Shown piece by piece: positions 10,999 through 25,119 of a stretch of 64,000 nt of DNA. A program made the translations under genes and the position numbers. Under the pieces are notes generated by a model, which ran no database searches, was not told the origin of the DNA, and worked only from the letters and a program-made list of their open reading frames with translations. Source of the DNA: Rhynchobatus australiae. Its lineage: Eukaryota. The number at the start of each line of letters is the position of its first letter. Within the stretch, counting starts at the first letter, position 1. The stretch is taken from assembly GCA_034780895.1 (NCBI GenBank), contig JAUZTB010000048.1:15650927-15714926 (forward strand), written 5' to 3'.

Positions 10999-13829
10999 GT
11001 AAGGACCAATTCTTGTTTTAAAGACACTGGTACAACTAAAGTACAAGTAACCTTTTCAAAATATGGAATAATTCTTACCCTGCCCCAAGAGTTATACGTA
11101 CTACAAGTACTATTCTAAAACTATTTTGATGAAGACAAATTCTGTTTGAGTATTTTGTGATTGGTGAAGATGACATATCAGTATGACAGGGCTAGGAAAC
11201 TGAGTCCACCTCTGCTGCTTTTGATGTGAAAAAATTAAGTGCAATGTAAAGCACTCCCTACATAACTCTGAAATGTAGCTTATGTCTTAACCACGGAATG
11301 ATGCCTCCTCCAACCTGCTTGGTTACACTTAAATTTCCAGTCCAGTTTTCCTTATATTTGAAACACTCCGAACATGAATAAACAACATGTTTTTTTTATT
11401 GTGATGTGTGCTCACTGGAATTGAATAAGACTGCCTAAATTAATTTAACTTTGAAATTAGTACCAAGCAGAAAAATTACTTTGTCACAGTTAGATTCAGA
11501 ACTTAATTGTGGAGTTGGAAGTGTACAGAGCAAAATATTCCCTTATTTGTCACGCTAATGCAGTTTTCATGGTATAATATCTGTCACTTCTACCTTAGAG
11601 CTGTGCTTGCTTTTTAATGATTCATGTCTTGTATATATTTATTTTGTCCACAAACTAATTTGGGACTTTGCACTAGAGTAATAAGAAGCTTGAAGGTAAG
11701 TAAACAGTCGGTTGGTTTGTTACTTTACCCTGAATTTTCTAATTTGAATGAAATTAACTGGAGATTTATTTTGGACCTCACCATAGTGTAAACTGCCAGC
11801 ATGTGTGAAATATTCAGTGGTAGGTGATTATGATCTCAGCTATGCCCTTGCTTGTAGAACCTAATGTAACTTCCTATACATGGCACTGGAGGAACATAAT
11901 CAGTTGTGCTCCCTCAAAGTGTTCTTGTTTGAGTCCCCACAATTGGTATTTGAACAAATTGAGCATACTGGGGCTTGTGTTCTCAACCAGTGTCATGTCT
12001 AGCCCTTTAGGCGTTACATTTTTAACTGATGTTTGTGTTCAGTTTTTGATAATACCTTCTAAAATACATAAACACATACAGTCTTATTAGGTACATGAAG
12101 CTCATATGGAAGGATCTGAAAACATGAAGTAAAAAAGCTGGAAGGTTTTCTTATAACTTAGTTCAAAGGTAGAAAGGAAAAAAAAACTGGTTTGAATCCA
12201 AAACTTCTTTTGGAAAGTTTTAGAAAACCTAAAAGATTCCATGTGCTAGATTTGCAATCTCTCCAGAATAAGTTGTTGGGAATTAAAAAAAAAAGCTTAA
12301 TTGTATTAACTTATATTTGCAGATGAATCATTCACAAATTGTTAACTTTGAACCATGTATTCCATCAAAGTGCCCAAATTTCTTACATATAAATGATCAT
12401 CAGTTAAAGTCCTATCTATTTTCCTTTCCAGTGCATTTGTGTAGCTGTCAGGTGAGGACAGGATTTGGTGTGGTTATGAAACCTTGGATGATTAAATTAC
12501 TTCCAGACAGAGTAGAGTGTAAAATCTTATTTACTTCATTTAACAAAATGTTAGTGTAAAGCTGACTTAGAATTACAAGCAGATGAGCCTTTCATTGGAG
12601 TTAGTGTGGTCAGTTGGAGTCAGACACCTTTAACCTCAACAAACATGTCTACCAGGAATAATAGAGAGCCTTTTAATTCCCAGATTCCTGGAAGTCATTC
12701 AGCAGCCACATTTCCTAAATGCTACGCTTTTCTGACAATTGGGATAACTTAACCAAGGAATCATTTGATGATCCAGGTTGGTAACAGGCAATAAAATACA
12801 TACTGGATTCAATTTGCTCTTGAATGGATTCATCCCAAGTTCCCTTGGCTGAACTTCCCCACTCTCAGCAATTGTCAGCCTATTCAGACCCTTGCCTCCA
12901 TTTAGTAGATTCTTCATACAGCTATGAATAAGATAATAACCTAACTGGAGTGATACACTAGTACTTTGCATTTATTACTCTTTTCTATTAGTTATGCTTG
13001 CTCTGGTTGAAATAGTTCAGTAGGTGCCCTAGTTTCTCTCATACCAAGCTAGACCATTTAAAATGCTGGTTGAGTGTTGGCAACAGGAAGTTCCTTGTGC
13101 ACAAAATTTGCACATTTGCAGTCATTGCAAAGTTAAAAAGGATTTTTATTTCTTTTTCATTTTTGTTGTGAATTGTCGCACACCCCTTATCTGCTGAAGG
13201 CAGAACCTTTGAGGACTCTGCTTCCTCAAGTTCCAGCTACTGTTGTTATGATAACCATTGTTTGACTCATTGTCAAGAAGTGATTTGATCAATGGAAGTA
13301 CCAAGCAACCCTGATTGGGTTCTCTTCTGCTCCTCTCATGTGTGTATTGTTTGCAGAAAGAGGAGACTGTAATCGGGAGAATGAACCTTCCTTGGTTTAG
13401 TTGTCCTTCCTTTCCAGCTGTATCATGAGAATTGTTCATGGTGAAACCAGGATACTTACTGTATACTTAGACTGAGTTATGTCCTTTTGTACCCAATATA
13501 ACTAACCCAATCAAGGGATAACAAAAGAGCTCTCAAATACAACTTTAACACTTCCATATTGCGTGAACAACTGCAATCAAACCCCAGAACTGTGGACTGG
13601 ATCTATGATAGTGAATGTGACCAAGAGTAATAGAGGTACAAACACTAATCCTGGAGGACATCACTGCCTCTGATATAAATGCAAGAGGTTGGTCTTGTGA
13701 AAACAACACTGGAATCATTGAATCTAGTGCTGACAAAAGCATAGATGAGAATTTCATTGACGGATGGGCTAAAATACAGGGAGAGCGGGAAAAAGCAGTC
13801 GTAGTCATGATCATGATCTGGGTTTGAAA

Positions 13830-14260
13830 GTCAGCTTAGATAAAGACACTGAGGTTACAAGCAGCATAATTCAGCTTGAAATGGTGTCCTGGAAGTGAGG
13901 TGGCAGTAGTGCTGAGGTAGGGGGACAAAATAAAATGGCTTCAATATTACTTTGGTTCAATTGGAGGAAGTTACAGCTCAGCCAAGACCTGATGCCATTT
14001 AAGCTGATAAAAGCAGGGAAAGGGTCAAGAGAGAAACAGTTGGATTTCATCAGCACACTTATGAAAGCTGACTCCATGTAATGATACTTATGTGTAAGAA
14101 GTCGATATGGAAAAGGAGGTGGGCAAGGATTGACCCTTGGGAAACTCCAAGTATAACAGTACAGGGGCTGGAAGACACTCCGATGTTAAAAATACTTCAG
14201 GTACAATTACATAGTTAGAAGTGGAACCAACTGGGAGCTAACTGTTCAATGGAGGAGAAT
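13830..14260 (-). mobile_element. L2-type LINE RT remnant
   Basis: The minus strand near 14110-14150 reads GVSQGSILAHLLF (a GVPQGS-like RT motif), followed by a decayed YADD region near 14045-14070. No intact ORF. Confidence 0.55.
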
Positions 14261-14429
14261 CAATGAGGTTGAATTTCTAGGGGATCCTATCAAAGGAATA
14301 TGTGAAATCGGCATAAAAAATGTTTTTAGGACATATGTTGGGCTTCTTTTGTAATACAAGGTTGTAGCTAAAGCTGTTAACTTCCAAAGAACTATCAAAC
14401 AGCTTCTTAAGTGGAATGCAAATTTTAGG

Positions 14430-14595
14430 TTAAAATAAAAATGAAAAATGATGAAATTCTCAGTAGGTCAAGCAGCATCTAAGGAAAGAGAAGCAGAGCT
14501 AATATTTCAGATTGATGAATTTTCGTCAGATTTGCTAAATACTTGCAGCATTTTTTATTTTTATTTCAGAATTCCACTTTTGTAGTTTTCTTGTT
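14430..14595. mobile_element. Older Penelope-type pLTR fold-back remnant
   Basis: ctcagtaggtcaagcagcatct arm. The minus strand of 14495-14530 reads tCTGACGA-aaattcatcaatct-GAAAt (decayed hammerhead core), followed by the complementary arm cagcattttttatttttatttcaga. Confidence 0.5.
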
Positions 14596-14752
14596 TTTAA
14601 ATTTCTCTTTTTACATTAATAATTTAAAAAAACACAAGACAACCTGAAGTGCATGCCAGTGATCCAACTGGAAAATAGGAGCAAGTGAAAAGAGAAAGTT
14701 TAATAAAAATAATTTTCGAGTCAGCAACAGATATCCATTAACTATTGTTATT

Positions 14753-15273
14753 ATAAGAAGGCTGTGGAGGCTTTGGGGCAGGTGCAGAAGATATTTACCA
14801 GGATGCTGCCTGGATTGGAGAGNNNNNNNNNNNNGGAGGGGTTGGACAAACTTGGGTTGTTTTCTTTGGAGAGGCTGAGGTGAGACCTGATAGAACTTTG
14901 TAAGATTATGAGAGGCATAGATAAAGTCGAGAGCAGTATCTTTTTCCCAATGTTGAAATGTCTAATACTAGAGGGCATTCATTTAAGTGAGAGGGGTTAA
15001 GTTCATAGGAGGTGTGCAGGGCAAGCTTTTTACACAGAAAGTTGTGGGTGCCTGGAATGCACTGCCAGTGGTAGTGAAGGAGGCAACTACAATAGAGGGG
15101 GGATTTAAGAGGCTTTTAGAGATAGGCACATGAGTGTGCAAACAATGGAGTGATATAGACTATGTGTAGACAGAAGGGATTAGTTTAGTTAAGTGTTTAA
15201 TTACTAGTTTAATTAGTTCAGCACAGCATCATGGGCTGAAGGGCTTGTTCCTGTGCTGTAGTGTTCTATGTTC
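14753..15273 (+). mobile_element. CR1 LINE 3' fragment (end of ORF2 plus 3' UTR)
   Basis: gtgcagaagatatttaccaggatgctgcctgg; tttacacagaaagttgtgggtgcctggaatgcactgccag; ends catgggctgaagggcttgttcctgtgctgtagtgttctatgttc, a typical elasmobranch CR1 tail. Confidence 0.85.
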
Positions 15274-16529
15274 CCCTTTACATATACAGGTGACCCCCTC
15301 CTCCCCACCCCATGTTAAAACAGTTCGGGCAATGGAAATTTGCCATTACAGAATTCACAAATCACTACAAAAAAGTCTTGCATATGGAATAAAAATTTGC
15401 TGTTATGNNNNNNNNNNAATAAATGAACACTTTTTTTCAACTTGCATTTCTTGATGCATGTGGAGGTGATGCAGCTTTGTGCTGTGGAAGATTGCAATAC
15501 GGATGTTTTCTGGCAGGCCCCTTCCCCCAAATAACTCAAATAACCGACTCAGGGGTCGCCTGAACAGCAGACATCTAGCATTATTATCTGCTTGTGTTAA
15601 CTATAACGCTATGATTGTGGAGCAGAAATATAGCAGATTCAAACATGCATGGTGCTCATGTGATTTGTAGTCAGTCATAACACAAACCTCATGTGAACAG
15701 TAAAGCCTGTTACTTATGTGGCAGATCATAATGCCACAGTCAAATCTCATAACAGTATTCTGTTAATATATAGCATCTATTATAATAAACCACTCTTTAT
15801 TAATGATTGAAGCTCCGTTTGTAGAGAGCAGGAAAACTTAAACCTCAGTAAAACTTTTCCCTTGAGAAAGATAGGTTATTACTTCACAAGAGGTCTCAAT
15901 GTTGAGAGTTGACAGTATGGTCATATGATAGGTGATTGTTTATACCCACGGATAGTAACTTGGCAACATGAGTGATCACNNNNNNNNNNNNNNNTTATTG
16001 TTATAACTTGCTTACTTATTATAAATTTTATTGAATTTTATGGGATGCATAAAGTTACAGTGCACATATTTGTACAAAATCAGTGGATAGGGGAGATCAT
16101 GTGATGTAGCCATGTCTTTAATGGAACTTGCTTTGATGGTATATGGATCTTAGTAAAATTACTCATATTGGTGAGTATTGTGGGCTCATATTGTTGATTT
16201 CTGTTTTTAACTGTTTTGCTGCTTTTGACAGATTAGAATCCAGGGAAAAGCATAGAAAGCTATGTTTCCAATTATCCTCACAACAACTTAGATTAGGAAA
16301 AATAAATCATTCTCCTCTTCCTCTTGCAAACAATTGGCTTTCTCACTGCTCTTTTAACTCTTATCTTTCAATTGGGACACCCGGCTATTAAGTCAAAGCC
16401 CACCGTAGAGGATAATAAAGTGCATGCAAAAACAGAGCAATGGAGAAAAAAGTCATCAGGAGAAAGGCTGAGCAAGCAAAATTCCTCTTTTATTGCATTG
16501 GTTTCCAAGACATTTTTTGACATATAAGG

Positions 16530-17700
16530 TTTCATTCCGTGTCGTTGGCTGGTCCAGCTCCCTCTGCAACTGGATCCTTGACTTTCTGACCAACAGACTG
16601 CAATCAGTGAGGATAGGCAGTAACGCCTCTAGCATAATTATTCTCAACACTGGTGCCCCACAAGGCTGCTTCCTCAGCCCTCTATTCTACTCCCTATACA
16701 CTCATGACTGCGNNNNNNNNNNNNNNNNNNNNNNNNNNNNNNNNNNNNNNNNNNNNNNNNNNNNNNNNNNNNNNNNNNNNNNNNNNNNNNNNNNNNNNNN
16801 NNNNNNNNNNNNNNNNNNNNNNNNNNNNNNNNNNNNNNNNNNNNNNNNNNNNNNNNNNNNNNNNNNNNNNNNNNNNNNNNNNNNNNNNNNNNNNNNNNNN
16901 NNNNNNNNNNNNNNNNNNNNNNNNNNNNNNNNNNNNNNNNNNNNNNNNNNNNNNNNNNNNNNNNNNNNNNNNNNNNNNNNNNNNNNNNNNNNNNNNNNNN
17001 NNNNNNNNNNNNNNNNNNNNNNNNNNNNNNNNNNNNNNNNNNNNNNNNNNNNNNNNNNNNNNNNNNNNNNNNNNNNNNNNNNNNNNNNNNNNNNNNNNNN
17101 NNNNNNNNNNNNNNNNNNNNNNNNNNNNNNNNNNNNNNNNNNNNNNNNNNNNNNNNNNNNNNNNNNNNNNNNNNNNNNNNNNNNNNNNNNNNNNNNNNNN
17201 NNNNNNNNNNNNNNNNNNNNNNNNNNNNNNNNNNNNNNNNNNNNNNNNNNNNNNNNNNNNNNNNNNNNNNNNNNNNNNNNNNNNNNNNNNNNNNNNNNNN
17301 NNNNNNNNNNNNNNNNNNNNNNNNNNNNNNNNNNNNNNNNNNNNNNNNNNNNNNNNNNNNNNNNNNNNNNNNNNNNNNNNNNNNNNNNNNNNNNNNNNNN
17401 NNNNNNNNNNNNNNNNNNNNNNNNNNNNNNNNNNNNNNNNNNNNNNNNNNNNNNNNNNNNNNNNNNNNNNNNNNNNNNNNNNNNNNNNNNNNNNNNNNNN
17501 NNNNNNNNNNNNNNNNNNNNNNNNNNNNNNNNNNNNNNNNNNNNNNNNNNNNNNNNNNNNNNNNNNNNNNNNNNNNNNNNNNNNNNNNNNNNNNNNNNNN
17601 NNNNNNNNNNNNNNNNNNTGATCTGTACGAATGGTATGCAAGACAAGTTTTTCACTGTACCTCGGTACAAGTGACAATAATAAACCAATACCAATACCAG
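16530..17700 (+). mobile_element. Rex1/Babar-type LINE, 5'-truncated, mostly hidden in the N gap
   Basis: RT peptide [19 protein letters not shown]...[23 protein letters not shown] before the gap. After the gap is a 3' tail tttcactgtacctcggtacaagtgacaataataaa(ccaata)n. Confidence 0.85.
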
Positions 17701-18623
17701 CTCCATTTGTACCACCAAGACGTAATAGAGGGTGGCTCTTGGTGATGAGTTATCACTCATGAAATAACTCCTACGTAACCCACACATGGGCAACGTGCAA
17801 TGAAAACCAAGTTGCCCAACCAAGTGTTTTAGAGCAGACCACTAGCATACTGAAGCATTGCTTCTCAACCACACCCTACAAAGCAGGTGTCAAGATTTTT
17901 GGTGGTTTGTTTCATGCTGGCTCTAATTTACCAAATCATTGGCAACTGAGGAGCAGATGCTGGAGGATGATGTTGAAGAGAGGAGGTAAAGGAGAAGAAT
18001 GGCGTGGAAGTAAAGGAATGCAGTAGGAACTATAGATCATACTTTTCTTTCTGGGTGGCCCTTGAAGAAGTCATCCACGAATTCACCCAAATGCAAATCC
18101 TGTAACCACAATCCAAATCCTCTATTCACCACATCTCAGACTGTCATTGACCTTCACAGCCTCTGCTTGGCCAAAGTGCAAAAATGAAAGCCTACAAAAT
18201 AAATATTATAAACCAAGTTTATAATTTATGTTATATATGACAGAAGACAACTATTCATATGTTTTGGATTCACTTAATGCCTGTCTTCCGTGTGCTTTTG
18301 CCATTGCCATGCTGCTGATGAAGGGCCACTGATTTTCTGAAGAAGGTTGTCGATCCCTTTAGAGCAGCTCTGAGGTTAGAAGTCCTGAAATCTTGACATG
18401 AGTGGTCATAGTCCAGGCCTACTGACGGTTAGGTAGACAAATCCAGCCATCCCAACTGAGAGAACAAAAGGTTTGTAATCCATGGAAGGCTTGCCATTCC
18501 ACCAGGACAGTAGCCCAGGTTTGCATGGAAACAGTCTGAACGGTGAGTAGCTCCTTAAAGCTATGACATTAGCCATCAGACATGAATTATGTGTAGGTTC
18601 ACAAGTTCAGCCACCACTTCCAG

Positions 18624-18665
18624 GCTGAGAAAGATGGGTCCCAAGCTGAGAAAGATGGGTCCCAA
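18624..18665. repeat. Perfect 21-bp tandem duplication
   Basis: gctgagaaagatgggtcccaa x2. Confidence 0.95.
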
Positions 18666-21600
18666 ATCTAAATATAAATCCCTTTCTTAAGCAACGTCGG
18701 GCACCTCCTTTGAATACACACGTTCTGGTGCGCCTCAATATGCACCAGATTTTTCACTCTACATGCCCTTTGGCCACCATTGCAGGCTGCCCCATCCAAA
18801 GATTGTAGATGTTTGAGGAGTTAAGGTCTGGAGGAAAGTGGAGCTGAAGCCAAGATCAAATCAGCCATGATCTGACTGATTGGTAGTAAAGACTTGAGGG
18901 GGCCACATGGTTGAGTCCTGTTTCTATTTCTTTATTTCTTCTGTCTATACTTTGATGGAGACATGGAAAATACTGAGTTTGTACAATTGAAGCTTTCTGC
19001 CAAGACTGAACACCAGCACAATATTTGGATAAAATTCATATATGACAACAACTTACCTCAAATAATTTGTTTCTTCCCTTCTAATAATTTACTTTCTAGA
19101 GATGTATTTCTTGCAAGTACACAGTATATAACATTGCAAATCACACTTCCTCATTGTTTGGACTGAGAAGAATGAATAAGTTAGATTGATATCAGATACT
19201 CATTGAGCAACTAAAGCGGCAACAGTGGAATCCTGTTCCTTGAAATACTTCACAGGATGTTAGCCCGAATACATGGAATAGAAGCAAAAATTGACACCTG
19301 ATCCTCAGTGATAGCAGGAGAAGAGTCAGGTATCCATGTTTCTGTCAGCCCATTTGTTTCTTGGCTCAGTGATATAAAATATGTTCAACCTCTGGCAACA
19401 TAGTGTTGGGGATTCTTTAAAACTTGGTCCCAAGGTGGTTCAGAGTGATGTCTGATATTTTGGGATGTCAGCTCCAGCTCATCCTAACTGAATGAAAATC
19501 TTTTCTTACCACAGCTCGGCCATCATATGAGATTAATTTGGGGAATCTCAATCTAGCACCCTGTAGATTTGGCCCTTAGCAAAACATCATCCCAAAATAG
19601 ACACAAATAAAAGGAACTGAACATTTTATTGAATAGAACCAGGCTAACTAATGGGACCTGATGACTTGTTTAGGGTTCAGATTGGGTTTCATGTTAAAAA
19701 TATATAACTCCTTAGCCTCAGATCAGATTGCATTGGGCCAGCTGTTTACCAATAAATGCACTAAGGCTCAGTCCTTTATTTCAAACCTAGTTCCCCAGTG
19801 GAGCCTTACTGTTTCTTGGAATATATCTCAAATGTTTAAGGCAAAGAGCTGGGCATAGTAATAAAACAAGCTCACAGACAATCAGGTTTTTAAGAAGTAT
19901 TGTTTAAATCATTGATATTGTAATGTGTAGAATGCAGCAATTAATCTCAGCTGTAGGTTCTTAATCTACACTTTCCTAGGTACATAGAACCACTTGTAGA
20001 GACTCAATAAATAAAATTTACAAATGAACTAATAACTTGACTTGAGAGAAAAATGAAGAAAAGGGAATTGAGGCAAGAAGTTGTTAGCTAAAGATTCAAA
20101 AGTAGCTATTTTTTCATTCTAAAAATATTCAGAGGTGAACCCAATATAACTTGCCCCTTTTGGCAACTCATTAACCAGCCACTGGAATCAAAAAGCATTG
20201 TGTTGCCTGAATTCTATACAATATTTCAATAAAGCTAAATGGGACGTCAACTGCAGTTTATTTGTCAGAGTTTAATTGCCAAAATGTGCAGGGACCTCTG
20301 AGAGTCTGAAACTGCTGTAGAACTGGAAAATTATTGCAAAAACATATTAACCATGAATTAATCAAAACCAGGCATCACCGTTTCAAGTTGCAATATTGTA
20401 CGCTAGCAACAAACTTCAGCAATTGTTTCATTTATAAGAGCCTTGAATTTACAACATGATGCAGGTCCTGATACACATATCACATTAAAACAGCTGCTAC
20501 TTGTCTGTGAGTCTAGTGATTAATGTGCATCATGGGAAAGTTTGTTTTCAATAATTATAAAAAAAATGTTGCAACCAAAGATCTCTTGTTAAATCTTCCT
20601 TTATAAATAAGTTAGACATAAAGAAATGATTTATAAAATAATGAGACACAACTGGCTTGGCTTCAGATCATATGCAGTTGTGATTCTCATTTCCTTGCTA
20701 CATTAGAGAACATATTTCAGAGTGATATACTCGACATTTAACAACTAATTGAGAGTTAAAATGTAGCATGTTGTATTTCTGTCAAAATAATTAGTCTTTC
20801 AGTTTCATTCTGCAGTTTTAACATGGTAAGTAAATGTAATTCAGTTATTAAACACAGTCAAATTATAGCATTGCAATCTTCATTTATTTGGGTGTGAAGT
20901 TGAACCTTACCACCTATGCCTTTTTTGGGCTAGCTTTTCCAAGAGATAAAAAGATAAGTTATTTTCTGTTGCAAACGAAAGACACTGGACTAAGTTTTAT
21001 AAGATTGGGTTAGTATTTTTGAATGTGTGGGCTTTAAACTCACTATCAGCAACATTAGCTCAGTCCAATGCACTGGTCCCTAGAGAGTTAGACCTTTGCC
21101 TTCTCCCCTGTACCTTTATGCTCTCCTGGATTTTCTCCTTTGCTAGATTCCACCTCTAAAGTTTCAGACATTATCGTCTGAGAAAATAAATCTTGCTAAA
21201 TGACATAATGTACGCCCTGATTTAATGAAACCAAATGTTGTTCAACATTTTTACATGACTACAGCTAAATGAATGCAGCAGCTTTCAATATAGTTGTAAC
21301 ATTTCTCCTCCATTGAAGTGACTTGATCTTGCTTACAACACACTCCTTTTAATGGTACAGAATTTGGAGGGCTTCCAGATCCTATTCTGAGGTTACTATG
21401 CTTTACATAAACTATTCTGCTGCAGACTGAGGATCGAAGAACATGTAATCTGTGGCATAGGGTGCAGTTTTAACCCAGAGGTAGAAGAAGAGAGTGGGTG
21501 GTGGTGGTGCTATTAACATGAATGTAAAATGCAGTCTCTGGCCTAAATTTCAGTCCTTGGTAGTTCAGCATCTGGATCTTATTTAAGTGTAGTGTGAAGA

Positions 21601-21947
21601 AGGTGCAGAGCAGCTGCCTGTTTGGAAGCAAGTAGCAGGAAGAGAATTGGTGGATCTTAGAAGAGGGAAAGGAAAAGCTCAGGATACATCCCAAAGTGGA
21701 AGTGAATGAGCCAAATTCATAAAGGCTTAGCTGAATCCATGTGGCATGATTTACCATGCTTTTGGGCAGCCTTCAGACTCACCTCATTCCCACAGGTCTC
21801 AAGGGCTGAATGTCTTTTCGGCCTGTCAGCTTATGATAGCCTGGAATTGTCCTCAATAGTCTCTGCCAGATGTAGGAAAAACAAGCAGAAATCTTACAAT
21901 AGAGCCTCCACTGTCCTCCCCCTGCCCCATAACCCCTTCAACCCGGG

Positions 21948-22113
21948 TGCATGCATGCACACACACACACAACATACAGATGCGCACACACAGACATGCA
22001 TACACATACATGCACATAGATAGATTCGTGCACACACAGACGCACACATACAAACGTACGTGCATACACACAGACATGCACGCACGCACACACGCGCGCA
22101 CACACACACACAC
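21948..22113. repeat. Compound (CA)/(CG)/(TA) microsatellite running into a gap
   Basis: Alternating purine-pyrimidine tract, read directly. Confidence 0.95.
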
Positions 22114-23239
22114 NNNNNNNNNNNNNNNNNNNNNNNNNNNNNNNNNNNNNNNNNNNNNNNNNNNNNNNNNNNNNNNNNNNNNNNNNNNNNNNNNNNNNNN
22201 NNNNNNNNNNNNNNNNNNNNNNNNNNNNTGGAAGAAAAATTACAGCAATCCTTCCACTTAGTATTACATAAGCAGAAGTTTAATATTGTGTTGGGTATAT
22301 AATTTAGAAAGTCATTGAAGTGTAGATCTTTGCCTAGGAATTAGAGTTTACCATTTTTTGGTGTATTAACCAGGTGTTGAGGATAGCACTAAGGCCTGCT
22401 CCATTCCCCATTAAAAAAATTAATGAATTTGAACATTAAGTGCAGATGCAGGGGTTTCACACACCATTCCTTGTGCTAAAATGGGACCTCAGTGGTTCCC
22501 TTCAGGACTGGGTTTGCAGCTGCCATGTGATTGCCATACAGAACCCTCTCCATGTCAGCAGAATACAGCAGCAGAGTAGGCTGCCCTGGTGAGGCCGTAA
22601 AACACAGGGGCAGGGACACAGTGTTGATCAACCTGACAAACAACGCAGCATCTTGTACTGAGATCCGAACTCAGAAATGCTGTGATCATTGAGGGAACTC
22701 ACAGTGATGCTTGTGGATATGACATGAAAATAGAAAGATGAGTCTGCCGGAAACTGTGAGTGAAGCATCAATGCCACATCAGGGACCCTTTAATTTACAT
22801 CATTTTGTTGATCTGCTGTGAGCTCTGCAGCTTGTCGTTTACACAAGATGGTAGATTATACCTTCGTGCACCAGTTTAGTTTGGTTATCCTGAAAGAATG
22901 TACATGATGATGTCATCTGTTGCATGACTAATACTGAACAAAGATCAGTCATGCTCAGGGGAATCACACCCAGAAGTGCCCAGGCCAATTTCTCACTGGT
23001 AGCTAATCAAATTGGAAATGATTTCTATTGCAATCTAACATGTGCAAAACAATTTTTATGCCCATAAAATCTAGATGTGTCCAATTTCTAACCATTAGAG
23101 GTTTATATGCATTCCTTTTTAGCGGTAATAGCTTTGGGGGTTCTGCCTCAGTTAATTTCATTTGTGTTTCTGATAAGAGACAAAATGTAGAATGATAATC
23201 ACCATGTTGGTCCCCATAGATTTAGTTTCATTTGTTCAC

Positions 23240-23572
23240 AGGTTGTGGACTTCCTTGCAAGCCCACATTTAATGAACATCCCTAAGTGGTCCTTCCTGAC
23301 CATGTGTGGAGGACAGCTGAGATTCAGCCTCACATCACTGAGAACTGGAATCACATATAGGCTAGAATGGGTAAGGGCAATGAATTTCCATCTCTGAAGG
23401 AAGTTAATGATCCAGGGGGGATTTAACAGCAACTGGCAGTTTAACAGTCATCATTACTGATTATCTGTTCCAAATTTTCTTAACAATTCGAACTAAAATC
23501 CATCATTTTGAATTTGAACTCTCTAGATCAGTTATCTAGGATAATAGTTCAGTATCTTTGCCACCATGCCAT
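23240..23572 (-). mobile_element. Ancient tRNA-derived SINE, same family as 55705-56090
   Basis: Minus-strand head ggcatggtggc...gagttcaaattc (A/B-box-like). The body resembles the reverse complement of 55835-55920. Confidence 0.45.
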
Positions 23573-25119
23573 TCCACCTTGATGCAGTTACTCAGAGGCT
23601 TATTTCCTTTTATGTTTTGTGTAGGGAGCTAATAATAATAATATTAAAATCAACTTTAAGCCAACTGACTCATGCACCAAATAGGTTTTTATGTAGTCAA
23701 GAATTCTACAATATTGCTATTTCATCCCTTAAATCATTTGCTATGTTTACTTTAAGCTTAGATGCAATAGATTTATTGAGTTAATGAAGTGAAGGAAATG
23801 TTATTTCCATTGTATAGTTTTTCATTTAATTTCCATAAGTCCGATGCTTATTTTAATGGAATGCAAATGATTTGGCAATAGCTTTAACTTCATCTTGTGT
23901 TGTTGATGTGGCAGCAGAAAAAAATTTCTTTGAGGAAGTCTTCATCCTTTGTTTTTTCCAATCATCTATGTGAGCCCAAACTAGAAAATGAATTTCTTGG
24001 TCTTTTCTTTAACAATGATTTGTGAGACATTTTGAGGGAGAATTGGGAATTCATTGTGAATCATGCCAGTGTTTTCCTTTACTATCTGAGCTCCAATTCA
24101 TTGTTATTAGTGTTGTAATTGCTGGTGCTGGGAGGAGGAAGGAATGGTGGGAATCTTTAAATGTTGATGTAACCTGCTTTCCATGCATCCACTGCTGAAG
24201 ATGATTCTCTGGAAGTGGTACTAACATTGGAGTCATATGAGGCTGAAACTCTTACCATCATCTCTGACTATAAATCCTACATCATTTCTGAAATACCATT
24301 TTAAAAATAAATTGCCAAATAACTGCATTTTTTGTTGTAGAAGAATCTTTAATAGGCTCCATAATCCCTCTAACTTCACCCTACTAAAATAGGATAGTTT
24401 GTTAAAGGGAGTATTGAAACTTTTGGTAGCCTAATCTGATATAGTCTGGAATTTTTCAAAAGGTTATTGAAACACTTTTGCATATTTTGTGAATAATTAT
24501 TGCCCACAGATTGATACTAAAAGTGACATTTTTCTTCTCTCCTTGGACTAATGATCAAAGTGATATTGTATCTGGGCACCGTTCAAAGAACTTTATACAG
24601 CTCAATATTATTCCACTAAAGCTTTTGTGGTAAAGCTTATTACGTGGGTCCTTGAGTTTTACAATCTGATAGAACTTGGTGGTAATGGTAGTGTACNNNN
24701 NNNNNNNNNNNNNNNNNNNNNNNNNNNNNNNNNNNNNNNNNNNNNNNNNNNNNNNNNNNNNNNNNNNNNNNNNNNNNNNNNNNNNNNNNNNNNNNNNNNN
24801 NNNNNNNNNNNNNNNNNNNNNNNNNNNNNNNNNNNNNNNTATAAAATACATATTCAGTAACTTCAGTTAAAAAAAGCAAGGTTCTCACATCCTCCATGAC
24901 TCATTTACAAGTGCACTGAGTAATGTGTTATCTAGCATTAAAGACCAGGGTGGTTCTACTTTGAATTTAGATTTTTACTGAGTCTCCTAATGCCAGCCAG
25001 TGGTGAGGGAATGGTGGGTTTGGGCAGAGTGAAGGGGGAAGGAAACAAAATTAGACTGCTCATTGGAACAAACAGAAGGGAAATTGCCCACGATTACCAC
25101 TCCTAATTTCTAACCCATG

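Noticed and set aside
10035-11021. 328-aa ORF as a standalone gene
   Set aside because: It is an internal NFATC2 exon. The GTG 'start' overlaps the splice acceptor, and the GKDQFLF tail is intronic.
16493-17823. 300-390 aa ORFs on both strands
   Set aside because: They are open only because they cross a ~900-N gap. The real coding part is a Rex/Babar RT fragment.
18315-18345. CTGATGA and CTGAAGA near each other, resembling hammerhead cores
   Set aside because: No stem II and no correctly placed GAAA/NUH.
21853-22302. HT/CV-rich ORFs
   Set aside because: Translations of a (CA)n microsatellite plus a gap.
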